Shown here: positions 37,585 to 49,748 of the stretch, in pieces
Layout: each line of letters begins with the position of its first letter
Position numbering within the stretch: position 1 is the stretch's first letter
Source of the DNA: Nemertoderma westbladi
Lineage: Eukaryota; Animalia; Xenacoelomorpha
NCBI GenBank assembly: GCA_032718475.1
Contig: JAUCBJ010007699.1
Span: 6,447 to 70,446 of the forward strand
Direction of reading: 5' to 3'
Length of the DNA stretch: 64,000 nt
Position numbers and translations under genes: made by a program
Notes under the pieces: generated by a model
Database searches by the model: none
Told to the model about the DNA's origin: nothing
What the model saw: only the letters and a program-made list of their open reading frames with translations

Positions 37585-38779
37585 TGTAAAAGCTTTTGCT
37601 GAATTGTCCGGTTATTTTTCCTTATTTTCCCGTAAAGTACTCTGTAGTTGGTTTACCAGGCATAAAAAGGCCGTGTCCTTGCTGTACTGGTGTTTTAGCG
37701 GACATAAAAGCTATTTCTTCTGTATTTGTACTTTAGAGGACATAATCCGTAATTCCGTGATGTAAAAGCTCGATACTCTTGAAAACAGTGTCGCTACCAT
37801 GACGACGGCTAGCAGCTGATATTGCCACGTCGACGTTTCTTTGTTTCTCTGTTCTCTCGTTGTTCAGGTTGACCAATCAGAGCGTTTGTTGTCTCTGTGT
37901 TGGAGGTATATACAGAAACTCAGTAGTTCAGTGTTATGTTTTTGCCCAGAGCCTAAGAACCGGCTTTTGGCACCTCCGTGTTTCAGTTTTTAGTCTTACA
38001 CTAGTAGGTTTAATTATAAGGGCATATATCCTTTAACTGACATACCGATCAAACTCATGGAATCACTGATCTGGGAATACACTGACTGCTGACACACGGC
38101 TTTTAATAACTGCTGAAACTGCTAAAATTACCTGCTCAATCGATACTGTATACTGCTATTTGTTGTCGGTTATTCATTATATTGGTTGATGAATTATTAT
38201 ATTGGAATAACGAGAAATAACCCCCGAAAACCCAATATTCTTGATATACCGAAGGTAAGAGAGAAAGGTTACCAATAAAGATTGTGACTTATGTTAAAGT
38301 GGTTTGAAGTGAATCTAATGTTATTTGATAGACCCTACATGAGTCAGTCTGTGTTCCTTTTATATGTGACTAAAATCAGTGAAGATTGGCAGATTAGTGT
38401 GCAGTATTGTGCAGCATTGTGTATGAGTGAGTCTGTTAAAGAAGCAATTCCTAAAGAATGCGCCATATATGTGAATTATAATTAAGCCATATCGTTGTGA
38501 GTAGTTTAAGTCATAACTCTGTTTATATAAATAAAGCGCCAATAATATTGTCAGAGATTATAATACTGTCAATCGAATAATACATTAGGCTTACATAGCA
38601 ATAAAATTAAACCGTCGAACCCAATCTCCCGGGAATATCCAGCGGGTGAATGGTCGCGCACAGATTGGTTTCGACTAGTGTAGTGAATCAAATACTTGTC
38701 ATAGACTAAAAACGATTTAATATCTAGAAGACATCTTAATTTGGCGGGTTAAACTGCCAAAGGTCTGAAAGCGCGAACA
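37585..38779 (+). repeat. 3' LTR (1195 bp)
   Basis: Copy of 26675-27904. By eye it differs by one C/T (26851 vs 37761) and a 35-bp indel. Confidence 0.95.
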
Positions 38780-39363
38780 GATATCCGGCAACTACAGTCA
38801 CAGACACCGACTTTGCGGATGACATCGCCCTGCTCTCTAATACGCTAGCAGATGCACAGCTTCTACTATATAAAGTGAAGAGGGCTGCTAAGGAGGTTGG
38901 ATTGCATATAAATGCTACCAAGACCGAATTCATGACCTTTAATGTTGATGGAAACTTGACAACCATTGATAATAATCAACTAAGGCAGGTCGATGACTTC
39001 CAGTACCTTGGATCATGGATAGAGAGTAGCAAAAAGGACATAGAAGTTAGGAAAGCAAAGGCTTGGGTAGTTCTATCAAAAATGGATACCATCTGGAAAT
39101 CAGATCTCTCCAGGCACCTGAAGACTAAGTTCTTTCGAGCCACAGTGGAAAGTGTATTTTTATGAGGGCAGCCCTAAACATCAGCTGGAGACAGCACATG
39201 GTACAATACCACCTGTATCAACCCCGGCCATAACATATATAGATCAACTTGAAAGGGACACTGAACTTGGGAGAAACGAAATTGCGACAACTATGGAGAA
39301 TCGGGAAGCCTGGAAGGATCTCATTTCCACTGTCCGAGTTCGCTCGACCTAGTAGTAGTAGTA
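38780..39363 (+). mobile_element. RTE-clade LINE, 3' part (end of RT, internal deletion, (TAG)n tail)
   Basis: DFADDIALLS, GLHINATKTEFM, DFQYLGSW, FFRATVESVF. Ends tagtagtagtagta. Confidence 0.9.
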
Positions 39364-39431
39364 ATGGAACATAATTAAACATTTGTATAATATTATATTA
39401 TCCATAAATGAACAATTAATTAATTAATGAC

Positions 39432-39617
39432 CTTTTATTTCCAAGAAATAGGTCGAGACTTTTACTCAGCTGACTTCCTGGAGGATTGGAACGTTTTGGA
39501 GTTTTTAATTTAACTTCTACAGAAGATGTAACTGGAAGTGTCGGATTTCGCACCGTAACTGGAATTGTCGGATTTCGCACAAGGTGTGGCAGAGGATATG
39601 GGTCCACTTTTTCATTC
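39432..39617 (-). CDS. Putative upstream exon of the glycylase gene, (R)NEKVDPYPLPHLVRNPT...LDLFLGNK(R)
   Basis: tttccag| acceptor, weak AG|gtcatt donor, 186 nt open, phase 2-2 compatible with both neighbours. No recognisable homology. Confidence 0.55.
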
Positions 39618-39659
39618 CTGGAAATATAAATTAAATTAATAATTTGAAAATACGATATC

Positions 39660-40560
39660 TACGGAGCCTCTAAAGGCCAAACAAAGGTGGGGGTCACTTA
39701 CGACGCAATCTCTGATTACAGTACTCCCAAAAATAGAACTGTAAATGATAATATTATTATTATTATCCTTTTAAGGGGGGAGGTAGCGCTACTTCATTTT
39801 ATCAAGATTCCAAATTTGAAAACCGTTTCGCAAGATCTGTCTTACTTCTCGAGATATGGCTGTCTGTCCGTTTTACTGTCGGTTTGTCCGTCAGTATGTC
39901 TGTCCGTCAATAAAAACATAATATCTTTCTAAAAAATTCCCTATAAGGGCTTTCGTGGTCGGTGACTTCATTTCTGATGTCATAAATCAAATTTGGCGTT
40001 GTCGGTTCTGTCTGTATGCCTGACAGTCTGTCTGTCAAAATATAACCGACAGTCTGACAGCCAATTTGTAAGTCATCAAATGTTAAAATTGACACTAGAA
40101 ATGAATTCTGCGACTAGGAAAACCCCTAGAGCTAAACTTTTAGCATTTTTAATATTTTTTCATCAAATTTTGACAGAGTAACCACATGCCTGCCATCTTC
40201 AAAAGTTTTGGTCAGAATTTTAAAATTTTGATCCTAACTCTTTTTTTTGGCTTCTAAATGTGAAAAATGCTAATTTCTTCGAAAGAATAGGAAAATAATT
40301 AAATAATTTGATAATAAAATTGGAAATATTCAATATCAAAAAATTTTGACCAAAACTTTTATTCAACCATATATCCTAATTATAAATACGAAATAATTAG
40401 TTATATAACTAATGTTTGTAAGAAGAGTAGTGTTTATAGTAATAGTTATAATTTTATGCTAATAAATAGCACTAAATTATTATAACTATATTACAAAAAA
40501 AAAATTTTTTTTAGACAAAAGAATGATCGATTGACACTTTAACCAAAACTTATTCATATT
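39660..40560. repeat. Probable non-autonomous DNA element(s) with CTGT/CCGT-rich tracts
   Basis: tacggagcctctaaagg terminus-like start, ctgtctgtccgtc microsatellite-like tracts, no coding capacity. Confidence 0.35.
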
Positions 40561-41027
40561 GGACAAATCCTTGCCATGTTACTGTGTCATTGTAGCGCAT
40601 CATCTTCGGATAACGCCTCATCCTTTTCAGTAAACTCTTGGGTTTCGAAGTTGAAATATTCTGTTATCCGTTGCTGTGTTTTCTCGGACTCCAGGAATAA
40701 ATGGAGCCAGTTCGGAACAGGAAAGCCTCGGCTACGCCTCGGCTAGTTCCTGTTCCTCGGGTTAAAATAACCGGAAAAATAACAAAATATCAGGGTAATA
40801 AATACAGATGTAATATTAGCCATATATGGCGTGATATATGAATATGAATATAATTTGATATGACGTGATATATGAAAACGAGTACAGGTGGGTGTGTCTT
40901 AGTGCAATGTTTTTTACCCGGGAGAAAAATGTTTTTCCCCTGGGTGAAAAACATTAATAAATTGAAATAATTGGCCGCATTCAGCCACCGTAGAAAGCAG
41001 TTCCATTCGAATAAATAAATCAATAAC

Positions 41028-41188
41028 CTTTTAGATGCAGCGGTTCCCATATCATCTGAGTGCGAACCACCAGTGGGAGTTTTCTCGGTTGTTAGAGCCG
41101 GTCGAGCAGTGTTATTGGTCGGCCGGGATGAATCGATTACTACGGTGTCTGCAATGCCACTCGTTTTAGATTTCACTTTAGGGAATGG
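41028..41188 (-). CDS. Putative upstream exon PFPKVKSKTSGIADT...DDMGTAASK(R)
   Basis: tatttgcag| acceptor, AG|gttatt donor, phase 0 to 2, compatible with the 53011 and 39617 exons. Confidence 0.55.
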
Positions 41189-41314
41189 CTGCAAATAACA
41201 ATGCCAGGAATGTTTAAAAGTTTAAAAAGAAGCAATAAAATTATTAGCATCCTACACATTATGATTATAAGAAACACAAAAGGATATTCATTTTGGCTTT
41301 GATTTTCTCAGGTT

Positions 41315-41637
41315 ACTACTAGGATCGGCATGCTGCATTGCAGCTGCATTTTTAAGAATGCTGTGCCGGCTTGTCAACAAAATTGCACCGCCACAACTCC
41401 CTATCACCCATGACATTTGCTAGATCATCCGCATCTTTAAGGCCAGTGTCCTTTAAGATGCGTCTCAAGAAAGTCATGGGCTGTCCACCATGCTTATTCA
41501 CTCCATGAGGCTGCCAAAGTACAAGATTATGCACTGGCTGGTCCTCACGGCGAAAGCAATGTCCTGCAAAGCGGAGGCGATTTTGTTCTAGTGTCAAGCT
41601 TGGGGGAACCAATGAGACACCTCCAATGTTATATAGC
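41315..41637 (-). mobile_element. RTE 3'-end fragment, same family as 8275-9042
   Basis: RLRFAGHCFRREDQPVHNLVLWQP...DRELWR plus (TAG)n tail. Near-identical to 8730-9040. Confidence 0.88.
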
Positions 41638-42083
41638 TCAGGTTGGCTTGGGTTGAGCTTCCGGGGACCTCTCCGGTTCGGTTATCAAACTCCGGTCATG
41701 TGTATTTTAATTGTAAGGGATTGAAGAGATATTTCAGAAAATGTAATTCAATAATGTTTATTAACTCTATTTGGACCGCGGGGGGTGGGGGGATGGGGGG
41801 TGGGGCGGGGGGGGGGGGGGGGTCAATTTATACATTTTTTTGTAATTCATCTGTATCTTTGTATCTTTCTATCTTTGTATCTGCATCTGTATCAGGTTTG
41901 TTGGGAAAACCAAGATTTCGTGACTTTTCCTAAAATGTTATGGACTATCCAACAGAGTTTTCATGAGTTTTAGTTTTCGTGCGGTGGTCCCATTCTGGCA
42001 CGTCGGTCCTCAGTATTTTTCGTGCTAAAATTTTCAAAAGTTGTTATAGCTCACTAAATTTAATTTATTTGCGATATATAGCG

Positions 42084-45000
42084 TTAATTAGTAACAATAA
42101 ACAATTCCTCCAGGAGAATCCCTCCAGGAGAGTAGTTTAGAATTAATTAATAACAATAAACAATTCCTCCAGGAGAATCCCTCCAAGAGAGTAGTCTAGA
42201 ATTAATTAGTAACAATAAACAATCCCTCCAGGAGAGTAGTCTAGAATTAATTAGTAACAATAAACAATCCCTCCAGGAGAATCCCTCCAAGAGAGTAGTC
42301 TAGAATTAATTAGTAACAATAAACAATTCCTCCAGGAGAGTAGTCTAGAATTAATTAGTAACAACAAACAATCCCCCCAAGAGAGTAGTCTAGAATTAAT
42401 TAATAACAATAAACAATTCCTCCAGGAGAATCCCTCCAAGAGAGTAGTCTAGAATTAATTAGTAACAATAAACAATCCCTCCAGGAGAGTAGTCTAGAAT
42501 TAATTAGTAACAATAAACAATCCCTCCAGGAGAATCCCTCCAAGAGAGTAGTCTAGAATTAATTAGTAACAATAAACAATTCCTCCAGGAGAGTAGTCTA
42601 GAATTAATTAGTAACAACAAACAATCCCCCCAAGAGAGTAGTTTAGAATTAATTAATAACAATAAACAATCCCTCCAGGAGAGTAGTTTAGAATTAATTA
42701 ATAACAATAAACAATTCCTCCAGGAGAATCCCTCCAAGAGAGTAGTCTAGAATTAATTAGTAACAACAAACAATCCCCCCAAGAGAGTAGTCTAGAATTA
42801 ATTAATAACAATAAACAATTCCTCCAGGAGAGTAGTTTAGAATTAATTAATAACAATAAACAATTCCTACAGGAGAGTAGTATAGAATTAATTAGTAACA
42901 ATAAACAATTCCTCCAGGAGAGTAGTCTAGAATTAATTAGTAACAACAAACAATCCCCCCAAGAGAGTAGTTTAGAATTAATTAATAACAATAAACAATT
43001 CCTCCAGGAGAGTAGTCTAGAATTAATTAATAACAATAAACAATTCCTCCAGGAGAGTAGTCTAGAATTAATTAGTAACAATAAACAATCCCTCCAGGAG
43101 AGTAGTTTAGAATTAATTAATAACAATAAACAATTCCTACAGGAGAGTAGTATAGAATTAATTAGTAACAATAAACAATTCCTCCAGGAGAGTAGTCTAG
43201 AATTAATTAGTAACAACAAACAATCCCCCCAAGAGAGTAGTTTAGAATTAATTAATAACAATAAACAATTCCTCCAGGAGAGTAGTCTAGAATTAATTAA
43301 TAACAATAAACAATTCCTCCAGGAGAGTAGTCTAGAATTAATTAGTAACAACAAACAATCCCCCCAAGAGAGTAGTTTAGAATTAATTAATAACAATAAA
43401 CAATTCCTCCAGGAGAGTAGTCTAGAATTAATTAATAACAATAAACAATTCCTCCAGGAGAGTAGTCTAGAATTAATTAGTAACAATAAACAATCCCTCC
43501 AGGAGAGTAGTCTAGAATTAATTAGTAACAATAAACAATCCCTCCAGGAGAATCCCTCCAGGAGAGTAGTCTAGAATTAATTAGTAACAATAAACAATCC
43601 CTCCAGGAGAGTAGTCTAGAATTAATTAGTAACAATAAACAATTCCTCCAGGAGAGTAGTCTAGAATTAATTAGTAACAATAAACAATTCCCCCAGGAGA
43701 GTAGTCTAGAATTAATTAATAACAATAAACAATTCCTCCAGGAGAGTAGTCTAGAATTTATTAGTAACAATAAACAATTCCTCCAGGAGAGTAGTTTAGA
43801 ATTAATTAGTAACAATAAACAATTCCTCCAGGAGAATCCCTCCAAGAGAGTAGTCTAGAATTAATTAGTAACAATAAACAATTCCCCCAGGAGAGTAGTC
43901 TAGAATTAATTAATAACAATAAACAATTCCTCCAGGAGAGTAGTCTAGAATTTATTAGTAACAATAAACAATTCCTCCAGGAGAGTAGTCTAGAATTAAT
44001 TAGTAACAATAAACAATCCCTCCAGGAGAGTAGTCTAGAATTAATTAATAACAATAAACAATTCCTCCAGGAGAGTAGTCTAGAATTAATTAGTAACAAT
44101 AAACAATTCCCCCAGGAGAGTAGTCTAGAATTAATTAATAACAATAAACAATTCCTCCAGGAGAGTAGTCTAGAATTTATTAGTAACAATAAACAATTCC
44201 TCCAGGAGAGTAGTTTAGAATTAATTAGTAACAATAAACAATTCCTCCAGGAGAGTAGTCTAGAATTAATTAGTAACAAGAAACAATTCCTCCAGGAGAG
44301 TAGTCTAGAATTAATTAGTAACAATAAACAATTCCTCCAGGAGAGTAGTCTAGAATTTATTAGTAACAATAAACAATTCCTCCAGGAGAGTAGTTTAGAA
44401 TTAATTAGTAACAATAAACAATTCCTCCAGGAGAGTAGTCTAGAATTAATTAGTAACAACAAACAATCCCCCCAAGAGTGTAGTCTAGAATTAATTAGTA
44501 ACAATAAACAATCCCTCCAGGAGAATCCCTCCAGGAGAGTAGTCTAGAATTAATTAGTAACAATAAACAATCCCTCCAGGAGAGTAGTCTAGAATTAATT
44601 AGTAACAATAAACAATTCCTCCAGGAGAGTAGTCTAGAATTAATTAGTAACAATAAACAATTCCCCCAGGAGAGTAGTCTAGAATTAATTAATAACAATA
44701 AACAATTCCTCCAGGAGAGTAGTCTAGAATTTATTAGTAACAATAAACAATTCCTCCAGGAGAGTAGTTTAGAATTAATTAGTAACAATAAACAATTCCT
44801 CCAGGAGAGTAGTCTAGAATTAATTAGTAACAAGAAACAATTCCTCCAGGAGAGTAGTCTAGAATTAATTAGTAACAATAAACAATTCCTCCAGGAGAGT
44901 AGTCTAGAATTAATTAGTAACAATAAACAATTCCCCCAGGAGAGTAGTCTAGAATTAATTAATAACAATAAACAATTCCTCCAGGAGAGTAGTCTAGAAT

Positions 45001-45187
45001 TAATTAATAACAATAAACAATTCCTCCAGGAGAGTAGTCTAGAATTAATTAGTAACAATAAACAATTCCTCCAGGAGAGTAGTCTAGAATTAATTAGTAA
45101 CAATAAACAATTCCTCCAGGAGAGTAGTCTAGAATTAATTAGTAACAATAAACAATTCCTCCAGGAGAGTAGTCTAGAATTAATTAG
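42084..45187. repeat. 45-bp minisatellite (~65-70 copies; AGTAACAATAAACAATTCCTCCAGGAGAGTAGTCTAGAATTAATT)
   Basis: Contiguous tandem copies, some with a 13-bp internal duplication. Abuts the Pao pol fragment in frame. Confidence 0.97.
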
Positions 45188-46440
45188 ACCATTGAGCCCC
45201 ATTATGAAAGATGGAGTAGTCTGTATGGGCTCCCGCCTGGGGAATGCCCCAGGGGGGATTGTCCCTGAGTGCCCAATATTGATCCCGAAAGACTCAGTTA
45301 TCGTGGATAAGATTATACACGATTCCCATGAAGCCTCACATCATGCAGGTGTGGAAGCAACTCTCACGTGGATACGGGGGAAATTCTGGATACCAGCAGT
45401 CAGGAGAAGAGTAAAGGGCTGTGTGGAGAAGTGCGTCAGTGGGTGGGTGGAGCAGGTGATGGCACCTCTACCTGCAGAGCGGATAACACCCTATGAGCCA
45501 CCATTCACAAATTGTGGTGTTGACCTCTTTGGTCCTATTAACGTCAAGTTGGGCCGACAAAACGAGTAACGATGGGGTTCCATATTCGTGTGTTACGCCT
45601 CAAGGGCTGTTGCCCTGGAATTAGTTAAAGATGCAAGCGCAAACTCATTTCTGCATTTATTAATGCGCTCAGAAGATTCATTACAAGGTGTGAAGCAGTG
45701 CGAAGGATTAGCTCTGATAATGGGTCGAATTTCATTGGAGCTAATCGAGAACTTCAAGATCTCTACCGGATTGCGCAAACACCTGCTATTAAAGAACATG
45801 CAAGGAAACAAGATGTCAAGTGGAAATTCCATACCCCTTATGCCCCCCATTCTTCAGGAGTCTGAGAAAGACTTGTAGGAAGTGCTGAGCGGATCTTAGA
45901 GGCAAGCACATGAAATCGATGCCTTGATGAGGACGCATCCCGCATAGTGTTAGCAGAAACAGAAGCAACAATGAATGCGCGGCCGCTATGTGCGATAAAT
46001 GATGACCCGAATTCTTACGAGGTTTTGACACCAAACCATCTACTAATGAGGAGACCAGTCCAGGTTTTGAGTAAAGACATGTTTGACGAGAATGACCTAT
46101 ATTCCAGAAAGACATGGAAAGTAATACAAGTAGTATCAAAGATATTCTGGCGCCAATGGGTAACTGAATATCTACCAACCCTTCACAAGCGACACAAGTG
46201 GCGGCTGGAAAGGAGAGATCTGAAACCGGGAGATCTAGTCATAGTGACAGATGACACCCTAGCGAAACACGATTGGGTGATGGCCAGAGTTGTGAATTGC
46301 CTGCAGGGACCCGATGGGCACACTAGAACAGTCGAATTGAAGACGAGTGGAAAGAAACTTGTAAGACGTCCGATAAGGAAATGTTGTTTATTGGAACAAA
46401 GTGTCTAATTTATGCCAAAGCCATGGAGGAGGGTCCAGAT
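45186..46440 (+). mobile_element. Decayed BEL/Pao integrase region (HHCC finger, core, DUF5641-like C-terminus)
   Basis: PILIPKDS, HEASHHAG...FWIP...CVEKC, MAPLPAER, PFTNCGVDLFGP, NARPL, LTPNHLL, FWRQWVTEYLPTL, GPDGHTRTVEL. Stops and frameshifts. Purine tract at ~46425. Confidence 0.9.
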
Positions 46441-46972
46441 ATACCTCAAATTGTCCCTAAATAAAATTCAAAATTTATTATAAAATTCACAAAATGAATA
46501 GAAGAAACCTGAACTAGTACTTTAGGATAGGCAGATACCGGTATATAGGTACATGGACTGAATAGTAAGTAACCTGTGGTGAAATTTATGTTTCCGGAAC
46601 ATAAAATGTATGTGTGAAGAAATGAATGAATGGTTATATGACGCAATACTGAACACAGCCCTAATGAACAATGAACTTGCAACTTCTCAGTTGCGTAATG
46701 AACTAAATGAATGAATGTAGGGAACAATTGCAGTACAAAATGAACTCAAATTATGGGAAACATAGATTTCATTAGCAGCAACCATAGAACATGAAACCAG
46801 CAAATTCCAGAACGTATAATAAAACCTTATAGTGTAACTGGCCATTTAGTCTATTATGGATATTATACTTAATGATAGTACTTGATCTGGATATCAAATA
46901 TACAATGTAAATAAGACAATATGATAATGCTCTCCATAGCGAAAAATATCAACCGGCCCTATTGGGGCTCGA

Positions 46973-47016
46973 ACCCGGTACCTAAGTTTCAAACTTCTGG
47001 TTATCATCAGCCGGGT
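46973..47016 (-). ncRNA. Minimal type I hammerhead ribozyme, intact core
   Basis: acccgg-CUGAUGA-uaac-cagaa-guuu-GAAAC-uuag-GUA-ccgggu: 6-bp stem I, short stem II, minimal stem III with tetraloop, GUA cleavage triplet (cut predicted between 46979 and 46978). Confidence 0.75.
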
Positions 47017-47438
47017 GAGTGTACTGAGCTACCAGACCGGATGAATATTTCGCTGTGGGGTGGGAGATCATATTTAGGCCAACTAATCACTCAAAGGAAA
47101 GTACAACATCGTTATTCCCGTGCTCTGCCAGAAATGGCAACCATGCCTCAAAGAATAACTATTATACAGTGTTGTGGAAACCACTGTAACCCCGTATGCC
47201 TGGCCCAGGCTGTTAATTAATAATAATAAGTGAATTGTTGTGGGGTGAGTGACGCGGTGTATTAAATATACAATGTAAATAAGACAATATGATAATGCTC
47301 TCCATAGCGAAAAATATTGGGGCTCGAACCCGGTACCTGGTTCCGAAGTTGTACTTTCCTTTGAGTGATTAGTTGGCCTAAATATGATCTCCCACTCCAA
47401 AGCGAAATATTCATCCGGTCTGGTAGCTCAGTACACTC

Positions 47439-47484
47439 AACCCGGCTGATGATAAGAGGAAGTTTGAAACCTAGGCACCGGGTT
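47439..47484 (+). ncRNA. Second hammerhead copy, probably inactive (GCA instead of GUA)
   Basis: aacccgg-CUGAUGA-uaagaggaaguuu-GAAAC-CUAG-GCA-ccggguu with a palindromic CUAG loop. Confidence 0.6.
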
Positions 47485-47839
47485 CGAGCCCCAATAGGGC
47501 CGGTTGATATTTTTCGCTATGGAGAGCATTATCATATTGAATGGATTGAACTAACTTTGCAATATGTACCTAGGATGAACTAACTAGCGATTTATCTTTG
47601 AAGCTTTATTGAACCACGAAATATTATATATATCGGTATTTTAAAAGGACTTGAATGAATTGTAATGAATTTATAGAGGGAAATAGGAAACCACTCATGG
47701 TTTGGCACGCCATGAGTGTGTAATGTTGCCAGGGGGCCTACATCGCGGGATGACAGTTGATATATATCGTTTTCGGACTCAAACTTTTTAATATAGTCGT
47801 GATTTCCTCGAGAAACCTATTATAGTGGTTTCTGGGTGG

Positions 47840-48963
47840 AGTTTGTTCCCGACTATAGTCAGTATTTACTCGTACAGGCATTTCTTATTGTGAAGAACTC
47901 AAAGCGCGAAGAGGCCAACGCGATTTTCTCTGGCCTCCCTGTTGAAGTGGTCGATGGTCATCGAATCCTGGGGTCCGTAATAGGATCCACATCCTACTGC
48001 GCTGGATATCTGGAGAAGCGAGTTGACGTCATCTGTCGCCAACTAAAACACCTCAACGATTTCGCAGTGACTGCTCCCCACCCCGCGTATGGATGCCTGG
48101 TCCGTGGCTCGTTAGACTCGTTCTGTTGGACTCGTTAGATGCGAATATATTAGCCGCTGAGCAAGCTAAATTTGATGAAAGCATCCTCATCGCTATGAAC
48201 CAATTTCCAGATACAACTTTTCCCTACACAAATCCGCTTTCCGGGATGTGTTGTGTCTGTGATTTGGGTGGGAGCCCATGAGGCTGCCTGCCAACTGCTC
48301 CTGTGGTGCTGTATTCACCATCTCCCACTCCCTTCACTGCCCTATGGGAGCCTACCCGATCCTGCGGCACAACGAGGTCCGCGATTTCCTAGCCGAGCTC
48401 CTCAGCGAGGTCGCACACGACGTCGAGGTGGAACCCCATCTCCAGCCAATCGAGGGCGAGTCATTCCACCTGAGATCTGCTACGGTAGACTCGGAGGCCC
48501 GCCTGGTCGTTGCGGCGGGTGGGCTGTGGGGTGGGCGTTTTGAGCGGGTATATATCGACGTCAAGGTATTCAATCCTCTGTGCTCCTCCAATCCTCGCTC
48601 CGTGGATGCTGCTTACAGCAAACATGAGCGAGAGAAACGGAGGAAGTACGAGGAGAGAATCAATGACGTCAAGCACGCCGGCTTCTCGCCTTTTGTAAAC
48701 TAAACCACCAGCTACAACTAGTGGGGCCAGCCGCTCAGCCCACGCGCTCCTCACACACATTGCGCTCCTACTGTCGGCGAAACGGGACGCTCCCTACTCG
48801 GAGACTCTCTCCCTCATCAGGACTCGGTTGAGTTTCGCCCTCCTCCGATCCTCCATCATGTGCCTCCGGGGCGCACGGAAGCCGAAGGCTAGGCTGGCAA
48901 CGAGACAGACGATGCGGGAGACTGGCGTGAGCGCGGCTGTAGCCGAGGCTGGGATTGCGTTAA
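47840..48963 (+). mobile_element. CRE-like non-LTR retrotransposon 3' part (end of RT, CCHC, restriction-like endonuclease)
   Basis: GHRILGSVIG; CSCGAVFTISHSLHCPMG...RHNEVRD...VEVEPHLQP...GLWGGRFERVYIDVKVFNP...HEREKRRKY; RLSFALLRSSIMCLRG. Internal deletions. Confidence 0.8.
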
Positions 48964-49192
48964 ATAGCTGTAATTAATTAATGGATTGTCGTTAATTTTG
49001 TTAATTAATTTTGGTTAATTTTGTTTAATTTGCTAAAATTTGTTTAATATACATAAAGTGAGTAGTTTAATTTAATCGTACAGTATGGCCCAAAATTCTT
49101 ATCACCTGTTATTGCCGTAGAAATTCCATTTATTGAGTCAGAATGTCATGACGTCATAACATGACGTCACAAAAGTAAAAGTATAGTGTATC

Positions 49193-49748
49193 TGTGACGG
49201 GATCCGAGAGGATCCCGGTTTATCCGGTGTTGGTTACGTACGCGTCAGCCGCACCGTGTGATGGAAAAGGTGATAAGTTCGTTGTTCCAGTATTACTGAT
49301 AAGGTATAATATAGTTGATAGCATATAAGACTGAGATAACAGATAACACGGTAATATACTATGGGTGACGGCGGTGACGGTCCTAACTGTCACCGTACTA
49401 CCTGACTGTACTGACCGACTGAGATAACTGACTGAATAGGGGAGCACCAACAGGTAATATACTGCACGGTTGGCCACATTAGTGTACCTAGTCGATGCTG
49501 TCCCCCCATTGGCTAATATCCCACTTCTCGCCCCTTCACCTTCCCTGGTGTGTTTCCCGTTCACCCCAGCTATTCTCTCTCTTGTCAGGGGAGTAACCCC
49601 TGACCCTTATTGTGTGTGTCTCCTTTGGGGCCTATTGTCCCCGTTTACTGGGCTGACACGAGGTTGATTGGTAATCAACCTCGTGCTTCCAATATTGCTT
49701 TATGGCTCACTCTATGGGTTTGTGTTAGCGGAATTGGATAAGCTAACA
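49193..49748. mobile_element. Solo LTR (556 bp), TSD GTATC, diverged relative of 5991-6606 in opposite orientation
   Basis: TGTGACGGGATC...GCTAACA. GTATC at 49188-49192 and 49749-49753. The start matches the reverse complement of the 6606 end. Confidence 0.85.

Larger units (their letters stand above)
26675..38779 (+). mobile_element. Young, internally deleted (non-autonomous) BEL/Pao LTR retrotransposon, 12.1 kb, TSD GATAT
   Basis: Near-identical TGT...ACA LTRs. GATAT at 26670-26674 and 38780-38784. Excision restores the RTE frame RSSRY-PATTVTDTDFADD. Purine-rich GGGAGCGG just before the 3' LTR. BEL-type gag and protease. Confidence 0.95.
46896..47539. mobile_element. Retrozyme/SINE-like repeat: ~368-bp monomer and a partial tandem copy (minus) plus an inverted copy (plus)
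   Basis: aaatatacaatgtaaataagac starts at 46896 and 47264. 47348-47539 is the reverse complement of ~46917-47107. tRNA-like A and B boxes flank a hammerhead core. Confidence 0.8.

Noticed and set aside
42251-45202. Leucine-rich ORFs (LLSWRNCLLLLINSR)n resembling LRR or membrane proteins
   Set aside because: Antisense reading of a 45-bp tandem repeat.
45186-46440. Idea that this integrase is the missing part of the 26675-38779 element
   Set aside because: It lies outside the TSD-bounded element, has no matching LTR and is far more decayed.
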